Of a stretch of DNA of 64,000 bases, positions 1-12,000 are shown one piece after another. Each line of letters starts with the position of its first letter. The first letter of the stretch is position 1. A program made the translations under genes and the position numbers. The notes beneath the pieces are model-generated. The model ran no database searches, was not told the origin of the DNA, and saw only the letters and a program-made list of their open reading frames with translations. The DNA comes from Tubiluchus corallicola (lineage: Eukaryota; Animalia; Priapulida): the NCBI GenBank assembly GCA_030141605.1, contig JAQGDQ010000051.1:310001-374000 (forward strand). Direction: 5' to 3'.

Positions 1-17
1 CCTTTCCTAGACGTGTT

Positions 18-1036
18 CTGTCCTGTCCTGTCCTGTCCTAAGCTTGTTTCAGCTTAGTCTGTTCTGATCTGTTCTGCAGTCTATGGTTGGTTGTTCGTCC
101 TTCATAGTCGAAGAGGACCATGACTTCATTCTGACATCGTAGGATGGGTACGGAGGTGGCTTGTAAGCACGACTCCCGCTGAGAACCCCCTCCTGCAGTG
201 AGGACATGAGAACGGTGTACCTTGATAGGCATTGTGTTCTCTGTTTTTTCGAAGCTGTCTTTTCTCCTGTCTAACTTGGATGCGTCTGGACTCATAGTTG
301 GTCACTCCCAATAGGGACTGCCAACGACATCTTCCCAGGAGTCGACACCGATGTTGCATTCTTTCAGGCTGGCTTTCAGGGTGTCTTTGTATCTTTTCCG
401 CTGCCCTCCAACCGACTGTTTCCCTTCTTTCAGCTCGCAGTACATGTGTCTCTTTGGCAGACCATGATCTTCAATACGCCGAACATGGCCAGCCCATTCC
501 AGCCGTGCTGCCCCAAGCATTGCATGAACACCGATGGACTGCTCTCTCCCGAGGACCCCAGCGTCCGGCACAAAGTCCCGCCAGCCGATCCCGAGGAGTC
601 ATCTCAGACAATGCAGGCGGAAGGAGTCCAGTTGTCCGGCGTGGCGACCACAGACTGTCCATGACTCGCAGGCATACAGCAGAGATGGAATGACCACAGC
701 ATGGCAGACCCCGAGTCCAGCCGATAGGCATCCAAATTTAGCCATGATCTCCCAGAGCCCCCCACGAGACACGGTGCCGAAGGCCTCAGTGAGGTCAACG
801 AAGGCTGTCAGCAGGCCGACATTCCGTTCTCAACATTTTTCTTGCAGCTGCCGCACTGCAAAGACCACATCAACTGTGCTGCGTCCCTGTCTATATCCAC
901 ACTGACTTTCAGGTAGGAGATCTTTCTCTAAGTGTGCGTTTGAGACGATCTAGCAGAAATCTTGCCAGGATTTTGCCAGCAATCGATAGGTGTGAGATGC
1001 TCCTGTGATTGTCGCACTGCTGTCTGTTTCCTTTCT
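18..1036 (-). mobile_element. RTE-clade non-LTR retrotransposon, 5'-truncated, internally deleted, A>G hypermutated
   Basis: Minus-strand translation KGNRQQCDNHR..AGKILAR..LPESQCG..RQLQEKC..FVDLT.AF.TVSR.GLW..MAKFGC joins at about 727 to AVVIPSLLYACESWT..WAGHV..GGQRKRYKDTLKASLK, then a CxxC..H..H tail and a (GACAG)4 terminal repeat at 18-37. Confidence 0.9.
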
Positions 1037-2029
1037 GCAGTCTACATGGTCTATCAAAGGCCTGACCTGGTAAGACCTGGTACCTTTTTGCACCAGATAT
1101 TGGCGTAAGTATGGATAACCATACCGATCCCTATTTATAAGCTGGAGAAACTGAAAATGGTGCCAAATAAAAAAAGATTATTTTTGGGTCCTGCACAGAT
1201 AATCCCTAGTACGTTGAATTCCGCGCATATATAATAATTATGACATACTGAGGACTCATGCAAATGTAAATGAGTGACAAGGATTTTTCATTAATAATGT
1301 TGGGGAGTAATTTGCAGGTAACAAATAGCCGAATTTTTCAATTTCCCAGTAAAAACGCCACGCCATGATGATTACGATTTTCAACTCCTAGTAAATTACC
1401 TTCTACAAAAGCATCGCAGCGCTATCCTTTGATGCACATTTTCTGTAGATGCTAGCTGTACAGATCAAGACTCGGATAAATGAGACGTCAAACCAGATTC
1501 ATCATAGGTCTACTAACTGCAGACCAGGCCTCTACAGATCATTCTTTCTTCTTGGAGCATAAACTTTCTAAAAACGTTAGTTTTTCTTGTGACTTTCAAG
1601 GTGGTGACCTTCTGGTGCGACATCAACTTTCTCATCTTTATTGTAATTTTATAATGCTTATAACGTTAGCAAATTATGGAGTGGCTGACCAGATATAATT
1701 TACGTTCATTCGCCACTCCCTTCGCCTATAATTATTCAAATTCGCGCCATATTTATGTAACCTATGATAATTAGATCTTTCTCTTTATTTGTTTTTTATT
1801 TTATTGTTGTGATAATTTCTTAGCACGCGGTAAATAATTTGTTCTAATAATTTTAAAATTCTAATCAATTGCGCGTGATCCTGGGCTGACATCTGTTGCT
1901 GTAAATGTTGCCCCATAGAGTTCCGTTACCGTGCCCTTCTTTACACTTAGTGAAGATGATGATAAGAGTTTAGAGTCAGAAGATTACGGTTACTGTTTTA
2001 GTACTTAGTTTAAAAGGCATAAATGCATC

Positions 2030-3165
2030 CCCCAATTAATTATAAGGCCAGGGACATGATTCTGTTCACCTGCCTATGCCAGAACTCCCTACTCACTGCA
2101 ATGCCCCAAGTGCATTTATTTCTAAGGATCAGGGCTGAAGTGTTTAAATCTTTCTGTCCAAAATCTAAATATGTTAACATTTGTCCTCCTGCAGGTTTTT
2201 TAGCTGGTTCTATGGCTTGTTGAAGAGCTATCTTTACTGGAATATCATCAGGTAGTCTAAGCATATGCCCATATCTTAAACGGCGTCTTTTATTTTTCTT
2301 GTCCAAGGTTCTTGTTTTATTTTTTCATATAGATCTTTGTTTGAGATTTTCTTTGGCCATCTGATACCCAAAATGCTTCTGTAATTTCGCCTTTGAAACG
2401 CATCGATTATAGCTTTATGATTAGCTTTTAATGTCCGTAGCTCAGAGTTGTACAGAAATGCAGTTTCAACTAAGGCTGAGAATATCTTAATTTTTGTTTC
2501 CAAAGAAATCGTCCTATTTCAAGTAAGCTGATAATGCCATTATCTTCCGTCTTGATATGTCGTCTTCTGTTGCTAGCAGACTACCGAAATACTTGCATGT
2601 TTGCCGTGATTCATCACCATGGTGTGTCATGTGAAACTCTTCAGTTTATTTTTGTTTACTACGAGATAAATTTTGTTCTGTTTCTCTTCTATTGAGTTTT
2701 TTATTTCATCTATTTCTTCTTTGTTTCTTGTAATCTATGCCACATCATCAGCATACTGCATCGGTATAGTAGTTGACATACTTTGTAGAGAGCTGTAACT
2801 GTGTTCTTGTCTTACTTCATTTGGTATTAATTCAGGATCAAGAATTGTGTAATTGTGATCTTCTAGGTCTTTCAACTTTATCTTCACTGAGAGCTATGGC
2901 AAGATATAAAGTAAAAAGTACAGGGCTTGGGCAGTCACCCTGAGGTACTCCTTTGTTTGTAGAGAATTGCTGACTCAACTTCCCTTCACACCTGACTTGA
3001 ATTATATGTAACAGTGTAGTAGATATACTAGTAGATATACAATCTAACACTATACTTATGATGTATGTTTCATCAGGCTCAAGGATTTCTTCCAGACAGC
3101 AAAACAGAATTTTTCTCCTAACGCAATCAAAGACCTTTGACATGTCAATCATGAGAATATATATT
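2030..3165 (-). mobile_element. Decayed RTE-like non-LTR retrotransposon (second family), RT and C-terminus
   Basis: IDMSKVFD, KGVPQGDCPSPVLF, QYADDV, KYFGS, TKIKIFSALV..FLYNSE, ILGIRWP, RRLRYGHMLRLP across broken frames. Confidence 0.85.
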
Positions 3166-3499
3166 CTACACAATATATGTACACAAATCAAACGTGCAAA
3201 AAACGCATTTAGGGATTAATTTGTAATCCTTCGATCTTTGTCTCCATACAGAAAAGCAAATGCCATTTTAGGAATAATTTACAGAACATTTTATAACAAT
3301 CATACATGTATCATAATCACACTTTACGAATCAAGAGCTCACTCAATCCTATTACTTTTAGTAGTAGCAGTAGAATATGTTGCTGATATATACAAATTTA
3401 TGGTAAAACCTATCACCGATTATGCAGACGTAATAATGTTTTCTTTATCACATGATTTACTTCATAATTTTCAGCTTATTGTCACTACTTTTTTTTACT

Positions 3500-4890
3500 T
3501 TCACAGTGTGGGACAACCTAACAAGCCCTACTTTTTGATTGAACATTTTGAGGTTCCTTTTAATATTTGGTACCTTGATGATGATACTATTGGTGGTTCA
3601 GTTTTCGATGTTACACTATGTCTTACAAAATGCTAGATCTTAAATCCTGGTAAATGTGAGATTATTCCATGCAACAGTCTTAATTCTGAACAGCTTCAAC
3701 AATAAATTTCCACATTACAAGATTTCTTTCAGGAATGAAAATAGTGTCTCCTGACAAAGCAACTTTGTTAGGTGTACCTTTGGGGGATGATGCCATGGTG
3801 TCTGTTTTGGCAAAAAAATTAGATCTGTTAACACTCCTTGGTTCTCGGCTGAGCTTGTTAGATACACATGATGCATTATACCTACTTCGACATTGTTTCT
3901 CTATTCCAAAATTGGTCCATATTTTGAGATCTTCACCTGTTTTCCAATCTGATATACTTAGCCATTATGATTCTGTTCTTCTTGAAAGTCTTCTGACTAT
4001 ACTAAACATTCATATGTCTGATTCAGTTTGGCTACAACTTCCTTGCCAGTTTCCATAGGAGGTCTTGGTTTAAGAAGTTCCACCCAGCTGTCTCTTCCTG
4101 CCTTTCTTGCATTAGCTAGTAGTTCCACTTATTTAGTGCAAGAAATCCTTTCTAGAGTTCCCTCCTCTAACACTTATGCTGCATTAGCTTTAGCAAAATC
4201 GATCTAGGCAGAAATAGTTGAAGCATTGTTACGACTTTAACTGATTCAACTTCCTAAAAATTTTGGGACAAACTTCTAATCGAAGCACCTTTTGATAGTT
4301 TGTTTGCTAGGACTTCTTCTGAGGTTGATATAGCATAGCTATTAGCAATATCTTCTAGTCATGCTGGTGCATGACTTGAGGCCTTACCTATCCCTTCATT
4401 GGGTCTGCATTTAGATGATAATCAATTGCGTATTGCTGCAGTGCTTCGATTGGGTGCATATATTTGTCCACTCATCGGTGCAAATGTGGAACTTTTGTAG
4501 ATAGTTCAGGAGTCCATGGCCTAAGTTGTTTAAAAAGCAGTGGTCAGTTTTCAAGACATCAGGCTGCCAATGATTCAATTTGTCGTGCCTTAACCTCTGC
4601 TGGTCAGAGCTGGTAATGCAACTCAAAAAAACAGAAAATGCACGAAATACAACAGTCTTTTGCCAGTTTTCAATTTTGTACAAATTGCTGTTGAAACTTT
4701 GGCACTCTTGGCGCAGAAGGATGAAAAAAAATTCTTAGTACTTCAGGTAAAAAGAATTCAATGTGGCACGGGGGAGACTAAGTCTACAAGTTTTTTTATT
4801 CCTGCATTTATCTGTTGCCTTACAAAGAGGTAATGCTATAAGCATTATGAGAACAATCCCTCCGTCTGAAAAGCTTAAAAAAATTATGAA
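3500..4890 (+). mobile_element. Decayed CRE-clade (REL-endonuclease) non-LTR retrotransposon
   Basis: WYLDD.TIGG, LLGVPLG, LLRHCFSIPKL.HILRS, GGLGLR, AGA*LEALP..SLGL.LD..QLRIA..LRLG, HGLSC...SRH..AND, AVET, SVALQRGNA. Confidence 0.85.
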
Positions 4891-6426
4891 CCTCCTTCAA
4901 TATTATTATTTCACTTTATTGATCTCTTGTCCTTGATTGTAGCAAAAATCTCATTTTCAGGAGATCAAGATACAACGTTAATAACGTGTCAGTGGCACTT
5001 TTTAAATTCTGCTGCTCTTTTTTACATTGTAATACTTGCAATATGGTATTTATTGTCACTTAATTGTGCAGTTTATTATTTGTTTTCAGACATTCTGCAG
5101 AGATCAGTGTTAAATGTACAATAATATGTATTGTTCAAGATTTATATTCAACACCTGTAAATTTGCTGACAGTTCCCTAGTTATGCCTAACTGTGCATGT
5201 GGTTCAAAGATGAACGTTTCTTGTTACACTGTTGGAACTACACTGTTATTGGAACAATGATGTTTGATAAATTGATGCCAACATTGTCACTTGTAAATAT
5301 TGACATTGTTAGACTGTGCAACAATGCTAACCATTACTTACTAAAATTATTACTTGTTGGGGATGAACAGTTAAGTTATGAATTAAACTGTAAAATCGTT
5401 CATTTAATAATAATTCAGTATAATAATATTTCTCTATTTGTGAAAATACTAATGATTTATATCTTCATGATTGATGTAAGAGTACTGCAGTTTCGATTTG
5501 CTTACGTTTTAATTAATGTGTTCTTAGATGCGACTTGCCATTGTACTCTGTAACTGTAGTATTTAAATGATAAACATGAATTGAATTGAAACTTACATAT
5601 AGCCTTATCGCAGCTGTAGCCTTATTTGAGCGATGAGTTCTGAAATTGCCATCAATTTTCATACTAGTAATTTTAATACTTTTTTTATTTAATGAAGTCA
5701 TATTAAGTGAATCCCTTGAGAAATTTGTTCTGGCCAACTAATACTATTAGTAATGCTAGACAGGCTAAAAAAAATTCTAAAAAAAATGAGAGGGTAGCCA
5801 TTTCTTGTAACTCGTAATGTCTAAGATAATGAAGGTCTGAGAAATTCCAACTGTCATAAACTTTGATATAAACTTTATTTTTATTTCTTATGAACATGCT
5901 TTGCCAAGCTAACCTGTGGTTCAGTTTTCTATCTGAAAAAATACACGAAAAATAGTGCAAAATTCAGGTTCATCATGAGTAGTTTTTCTCGAAACTGAAA
6001 AAGATAAATGAGTTGAATGAGTTAATCAAAGAATTAGTAGGAATAACTTTTTCACATACACCTAGAAATAGTTCACAGAGGTGGAGTGGAATTTCATGTC
6101 TTCTCAATTCCTCATTGTCAGATTTTTTTGCTGTCCTGCTTAGATTTGAATATTTTTATCGTGTTACTATAGTGTGAATCAGAGATCTTCGACATTTGTT
6201 ACTGTGTTTTTCTTTGATTACTGTGAGTTTGTTAATATAAGTGAGCCAAATTACTAATTAGGAAAAATTAAGGTAGTTTATAGACAAATTAATGAAGGTT
6301 TTTCAAGTTGCTCGAGTATCTCTTGATACCATATTTTTTTGGCTATAGCAGGTTTTAACAAGTTTAAATTGTAACTGTTAATTATTTGCAGTGTTTGCTT
6401 GAATTCATACGAAATATCTTTTCTAG

Positions 6427-9042
6427 CACTTAGTATTGGTACAAACTTTCCGGCTAAACAGTCGACTACACTTCCTGGTAGTTCAGCTGAATTTGGTAAT
6501 GATCAGATAGCAGTTTTTTCTGATGGTTCTCTCTCCTGTACACACACACGACCAGAAAAAGAACCGTGGTGGCAGGTGGACCTTCTTCAGTTGTATGATG
6601 TTGTTGTTGTTAGCCTTGTTAACAGGCAAGACAAACTAGGTAAGTTGCTAAATATTATTTCTGCAGCTTTTCAATTTTTATTCTTTAATATCACTTATAT
6701 ATTTTGCTTCTGAATGTACATGTTCACAGTATTCGTTTAAGCAAACGATATGTGGCATAGAGCTAGTTGTACTTGCATTTTGTGAGATCATTCTACATTG
6801 AATATAGCTAATCTGATCTCCTACTCTTAGTCATATTAGGTCAGTTTGTATTGCAACTGGTTTTTGGCATTTTTACTGATTTTACTGTAACCATCGAATT
6901 GTAATTTTAATTTTTGTCACTTTAATACTGTATTGCTTATTAGTAGGTTTCCATGTCAACAAAACTAGTTGACCATTAATTAGTCTGTATCTATCATGCA
7001 TGTATCAACGTAACTTTTATTCCATGTTGACCTTTTCTAATGTCACTATATTTAGATGAGTTCTGTTCGTTCCAATCTGGTCGGCTCTTCCTAGATGCCA
7101 GAGTATGGTTCAAATGCCATTAACAATTTAAGTTTCGGAAAAATGCATAAAACAACTTGAGTTAATATAAAAATTTCAGCAACTTAACCAAAAGTTTAGG
7201 AATGTAGTGTTGCTCACAGCAGTGAAATGGCTTATTTGGAAATTGGCGAGTAATTCATAGGAGCTCGATGTACAGCTTCCAAAACCTAGTTTTTAGCTAA
7301 TATGTTTTGCTTTATTTGTTCCTTTGGCTGTTAGATAAGTTTGCACTTGTCAATTGTCATTGTCATGTTCGCTTTTAATAATTAGCAAGTTATGTTAATT
7401 ACCAATTCAGGAAATGCATTAAGGGATTTAGAAATCAGGGTTGGAAATAGCACAAGCGTGAAGGAGAATGTTTTGTGTGGCTCACACCGGAAGCCGATAG
7501 GTATGATATTTTATTTCATGGTATTACAAAATGATTGGGTTGTTATATTGCTGCTATTCTAATCCACAACTTTTGTGACTCTGAGATTTGTAAAAGTAAA
7601 ATCTGCATCATTTATTGTTCAATGTATGAAGAACTCTTTGATTATTATTTATTTGATAATTTTACTTCCTGACATTTTTTACAAGCTCACATAACACAGT
7701 ATCAAGTAATAGCAAATGAAAATTAAAAATCTTGTTGTTCTGTACACTTCTTGCCTAGACACCTTTAGTACTGCTTTTTGTCTTAAAAACACTAAACTGG
7801 TATTCAAATACAGTAACTAATTATCCACTGTTTTATCTAATAGTAAGCCTGAGAATTCAAATATAATTGTAGTGACATACTTTCTGTAAGTGAGGTATGA
7901 CCTGTCCATTTATTTATAGTTCTTTCTTTATATGATGCCTCGTCACCTCTCGTCTGTCTTCTCATTTTCTCTACTTATTCAGTTCCTGTACAAATGAGTG
8001 CTATGAAAGATGCTAAAAGCTCAGTTTATTATTAAAAATACATGAATAGTAGTGTATAGGAAGTTTAACAGATTTGCTGTGGATTAAGAAATACAAATCG
8101 GTCTAACAACTGTAGATAGATAATCTTTTTGTCATTTCCCTTAACTTTGCAAGTATTTTTTCAATGGGATAAAGAGGATTAGGTGCATCTTTATGTTGCT
8201 GTTATATTATTCTTCTTGTATAGAGAATAGGTATATTTTTAAGACCTTTCAGCATTGTGTTTTGTTGTTACATTATTACTTAGAGTACAATAAGATAAGA
8301 ATTTGTTATGCTTTTTGGTAATCATTTATCACAATTTCTTTTGGCTCATTAAACATTAATGCAGTACTAAAATGAACAGCGACCCCGCATAGGGAAAAGC
8401 TGAGAAGAAGAAGAGCAGTACTAAAATAAACATGCAAAATACATACGAATGTACCCAAGATTAAAACAATCATAAAATGAGTTAAACAGTTGCCCCGTTC
8501 ACCTGGGCCAATACCAGCAGAGTAAAATTAAATGATACATCATAGAAACTAGAAAACTGATTATCACTTGAACTGTCTTACTGCACTTGGAATAAAAGAG
8601 TTCAGAAATCTATTTGTTTTACAAATAAGGCTTTTATACCTGTCAGAACTCGGTTTTTCAAAATTTGATGCAAGAGGATGGGATGGGTCATTTATATTAC
8701 ACTTTGACATTTGGTTGTTTTTTCCATAAAAAGATCTTCCAGTGTAAATATTGAAGTACCACAGACCTTACCAGCAATACCAGTATTTTTATTTAAAAAA
8801 TACATGTCATCATTAGTAACATTGTAATAATTTCTTATGTTGTCCTTGTGCATAACTAAATCTGCAAAGAGCATTAATTTTTATTTCTTTTTCTTCATTT
8901 TTAGGTCGAGGTGCAGTTGTAGATTTTCGTTGTGAAAAAGCTATAAGGGGTAGATTTGTCAGCGTGCAAATTGCATCAGAAGACCAGTCATTCACAACCA
9001 ACGTACTAAGTTTGTGTGAAGTTTTTGTGTTTGCTACAGGAG
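6427..9042 (+). CDS. F-type lectin (fucolectin/FTP) domain, 3 exons
   Basis: Exons 6427-6639, 7411-7500, 8905-9042, all phase 1. Motifs AKQSTT, SCTHT, PWWQVDL, NRQD, LRDLEIRVGN, LCG, C..AIRGRFVSV, LSLCEVFV. Confidence 0.9.
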
Positions 9043-12000
9043 GTAAATAGTAAACAAAATTTAGCTTTATAAATTATTCAGAAATAGTGTTTAACTTTTG
9101 TGATGATATTAATGATAGTAATTGTGATCTTTTATAGAATCACTTGCTGTTCTGAAGTATTTTTGTTAAAGCATGAGCACTTAGATGCTTGGACTGCTAA
9201 TCGATTTTATATCTTTGAAATAAAACTGTTTTAAAGGGGAATTGCAATAAATCAAATTTAGAAATGCTTTGTGTTAGATAAACCTGAAAAACTTCTTAGG
9301 TCTAAAAATATGACATTGTGACTGTTTCTAAAATACTTAATTTTGGAACATAATTGGCATTTTGTCCTGAAATTTAATATTGCATGTTTTTGGAAATTGT
9401 CACTGTCAATTTTTATCTCGGCCATTGGACCTCAGTTCCAATGGAACAATGGGAATGGTTCATTGGAACAATTTCATTTCCTTGACAGAGTTTAGGCATT
9501 CACACCTCGATCGACTCAAAGTCTCATCTTGGTGTACTGCAATAACGATCTGTTTAAGTAGACTCTAAGAGCTGGATACAGGCTCGCAGAATGCCAACTG
9601 TGTGCAAATGTTTTGTTGTTTAAATTTACCATATATTTCTGAAATTTATGCTTTGTTTATGTTTCAGTGCCTCCTGAACAAAACTGTCCATATTTTAATT
9701 ATACACTGCCATTGACTACAAGTTTTGATGGAAAATGCTACAGCTTTTTCCGTGTGTCAGAAAACGGTTGTACATGGAATGATGGTAGAAATGATTGCTC
9801 TGCTAAGGGAGGACAATTAGCAGTCATTCAGAACCAGAAGACACAACTTTTTTTAAAGTCACAATTGGAAGGACTTGATCGCATTAACCAAGCAGCAGAC
9901 AAATATTTCATAGGTTTAAGAACCAGTGATATTCATTTTAAAGAATGGATTGATGGTAAATGTTCATATTTGATATTTTTGGAAGCTACCATTTTTTTGT
10001 TAATTCAGGATTTTTTCTTCAGTCCAAGTGCCAGGGTAATGTGCTTCTTGAATAAAGTTATTACAAGTTAGTTTGCCTGACAAAAGGCTTGATAAAGTGA
10101 ACCTACAATTTTTAATTTTTTGAACCCCAACTTGGCTGAAAATATGGAAATTTCAAAGGTGGGGATGAGTCTTGATATAAACCAACAATCTATGGATTAC
10201 AAGTCTGGTGTTTATTTCTGTATCTGTCTCTATGCAGCCAAGTGCCAATAGCAGAATTATCAAAATAGGCCTTTAGCAGGCACTGACGAAGTAGCAGAGA
10301 ATCAGGAGATATTCATGTATAAGCTTTTATTTTTAATTGTCAATACAACAAAAAGTTTCACCGCTTACTGTAAGGCTATAACTTGCTGACAAACTATGGT
10401 GTTATTAAATAAATTATGTCCTAATGTATAATCGTGAAGTAAAAACTTATTGTAAGGCAATCTTATTTAGAGATATTAAAGCAGCATTTCCAAAGTTTGT
10501 TTAATGAGTTTAACTTTGGATTTGATTTTGTGTTTGTAACTGTGTATTCAGGCATCTGATCACAACGGGCACTTTTACTGCTACAGGTAGTGTAGTGAAT
10601 TTTACAAGTTGGAATAATGGGCAACCCGAAGGTATTCATGGTGATCGATGTGCAGTATTAGATTCTACAGTTGATTGGAAATGGAATGTCGAATCATGTG
10701 AAAACAAGTTAGAGTTTATCTGCATGAAAGGTAAGCAGCTACATCATTGGGAAATAGCTACATTATCTGATGATTAAGTAAGCAAGGCTTACTCATTTTT
10801 AATTTTTTATTAATTTACTAAATTCTGGCTGATAGCCCATCTACTGATTGCATATCAAAACTATGGAAGCCATTATGAACAACGGGTATAGGTCATGCAT
10901 AGCCTTTGTCACCTCAAATTCACATGTATCACATTTTTTAACCTGAAACTATTGCTATTATTTAGTTGAATCATTTTATGCTTTTTTTAGTGATTATTTA
11001 GTGATTTTATTTGTGCTAATCAGCATCGTGATTGAATTGAATTTTTGGGTGAATAGATTTTGAGGCATGCATTCGTCCTCGAAGATATCAACATGTTCGG
11101 ATGGTTGGCGATGATTTTTCTGTTAATAGCAAAGTATCATTTGAATGTGAAGAAGGCTATGAGCTTATTGGTTCACGTGGTGCCACTTGTTTGCCTAATG
11201 GATTATGGGATGCAGAGTCACCCGTATGTATAAGTAAGTGATCTTTGATGTATTAATTAAAATACTCAATACTTTTTGTTTCATTTTGGCAACTTTTGTA
11301 ATAATAAGTGTGGAAGAAAACCAGAATCCTAGGTGTCTGTATAAGTGTGGCTATAAGTGGTGTAAATGATGTACTATGTCTCGATAAATTTGAAGTTATT
11401 TTTGTTGTAAAGCAAAAGAATGAACAACTGAATTGATTGTGTATTAATAGCTACTTTTTTGGAATTTTTTTAAAAGTTTATTTTTTCCTTGAATACATGA
11501 TACTTATATGTTATTTCCATTATAGTCCAAATGCTAGTAAAAGTGAAATCACAAAAATTAAAATACACAGAGACTATTAAATTTGCTGCAGATTATTATA
11601 CAGTAAACTAAGATTATGTACAAATCAAATAATAATAAAAATGTGTTAAAACTTAAATGTACTATAAATCTTTGACTAATATGATAGTAATGTCATAAAC
11701 AACTAATCATCAATTAAGAAAATACAAATGAAACAAAAGGATAAAAGCTATGTATGTTAATATATTGTAGAGTGCTATAAGTTATGAATTATTGTATGAA
11801 TTAAGAAACTAATGTGAAATCCAGATTGTAAAAATTGTAAGTTTAAAAGATATTGAATAGACAAAAAAAATCAAAGCACAAAAAATCACCGATGCTTATG
11901 TATACAAAATTTGGATAAGATCAAATTTGTACAGAAAGACTAAAACACAGTATAAACCTAAAGAAAAACTAAAAGTAATCTAAGATCTATAATAATTATT

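Noticed and set aside
298-905. Plus-strand ORFs of 131 and 123 aa
   Set aside because: Antisense to the RTE copy; they stay open largely because T>C changes on this strand removed stop codons. No independent protein features.
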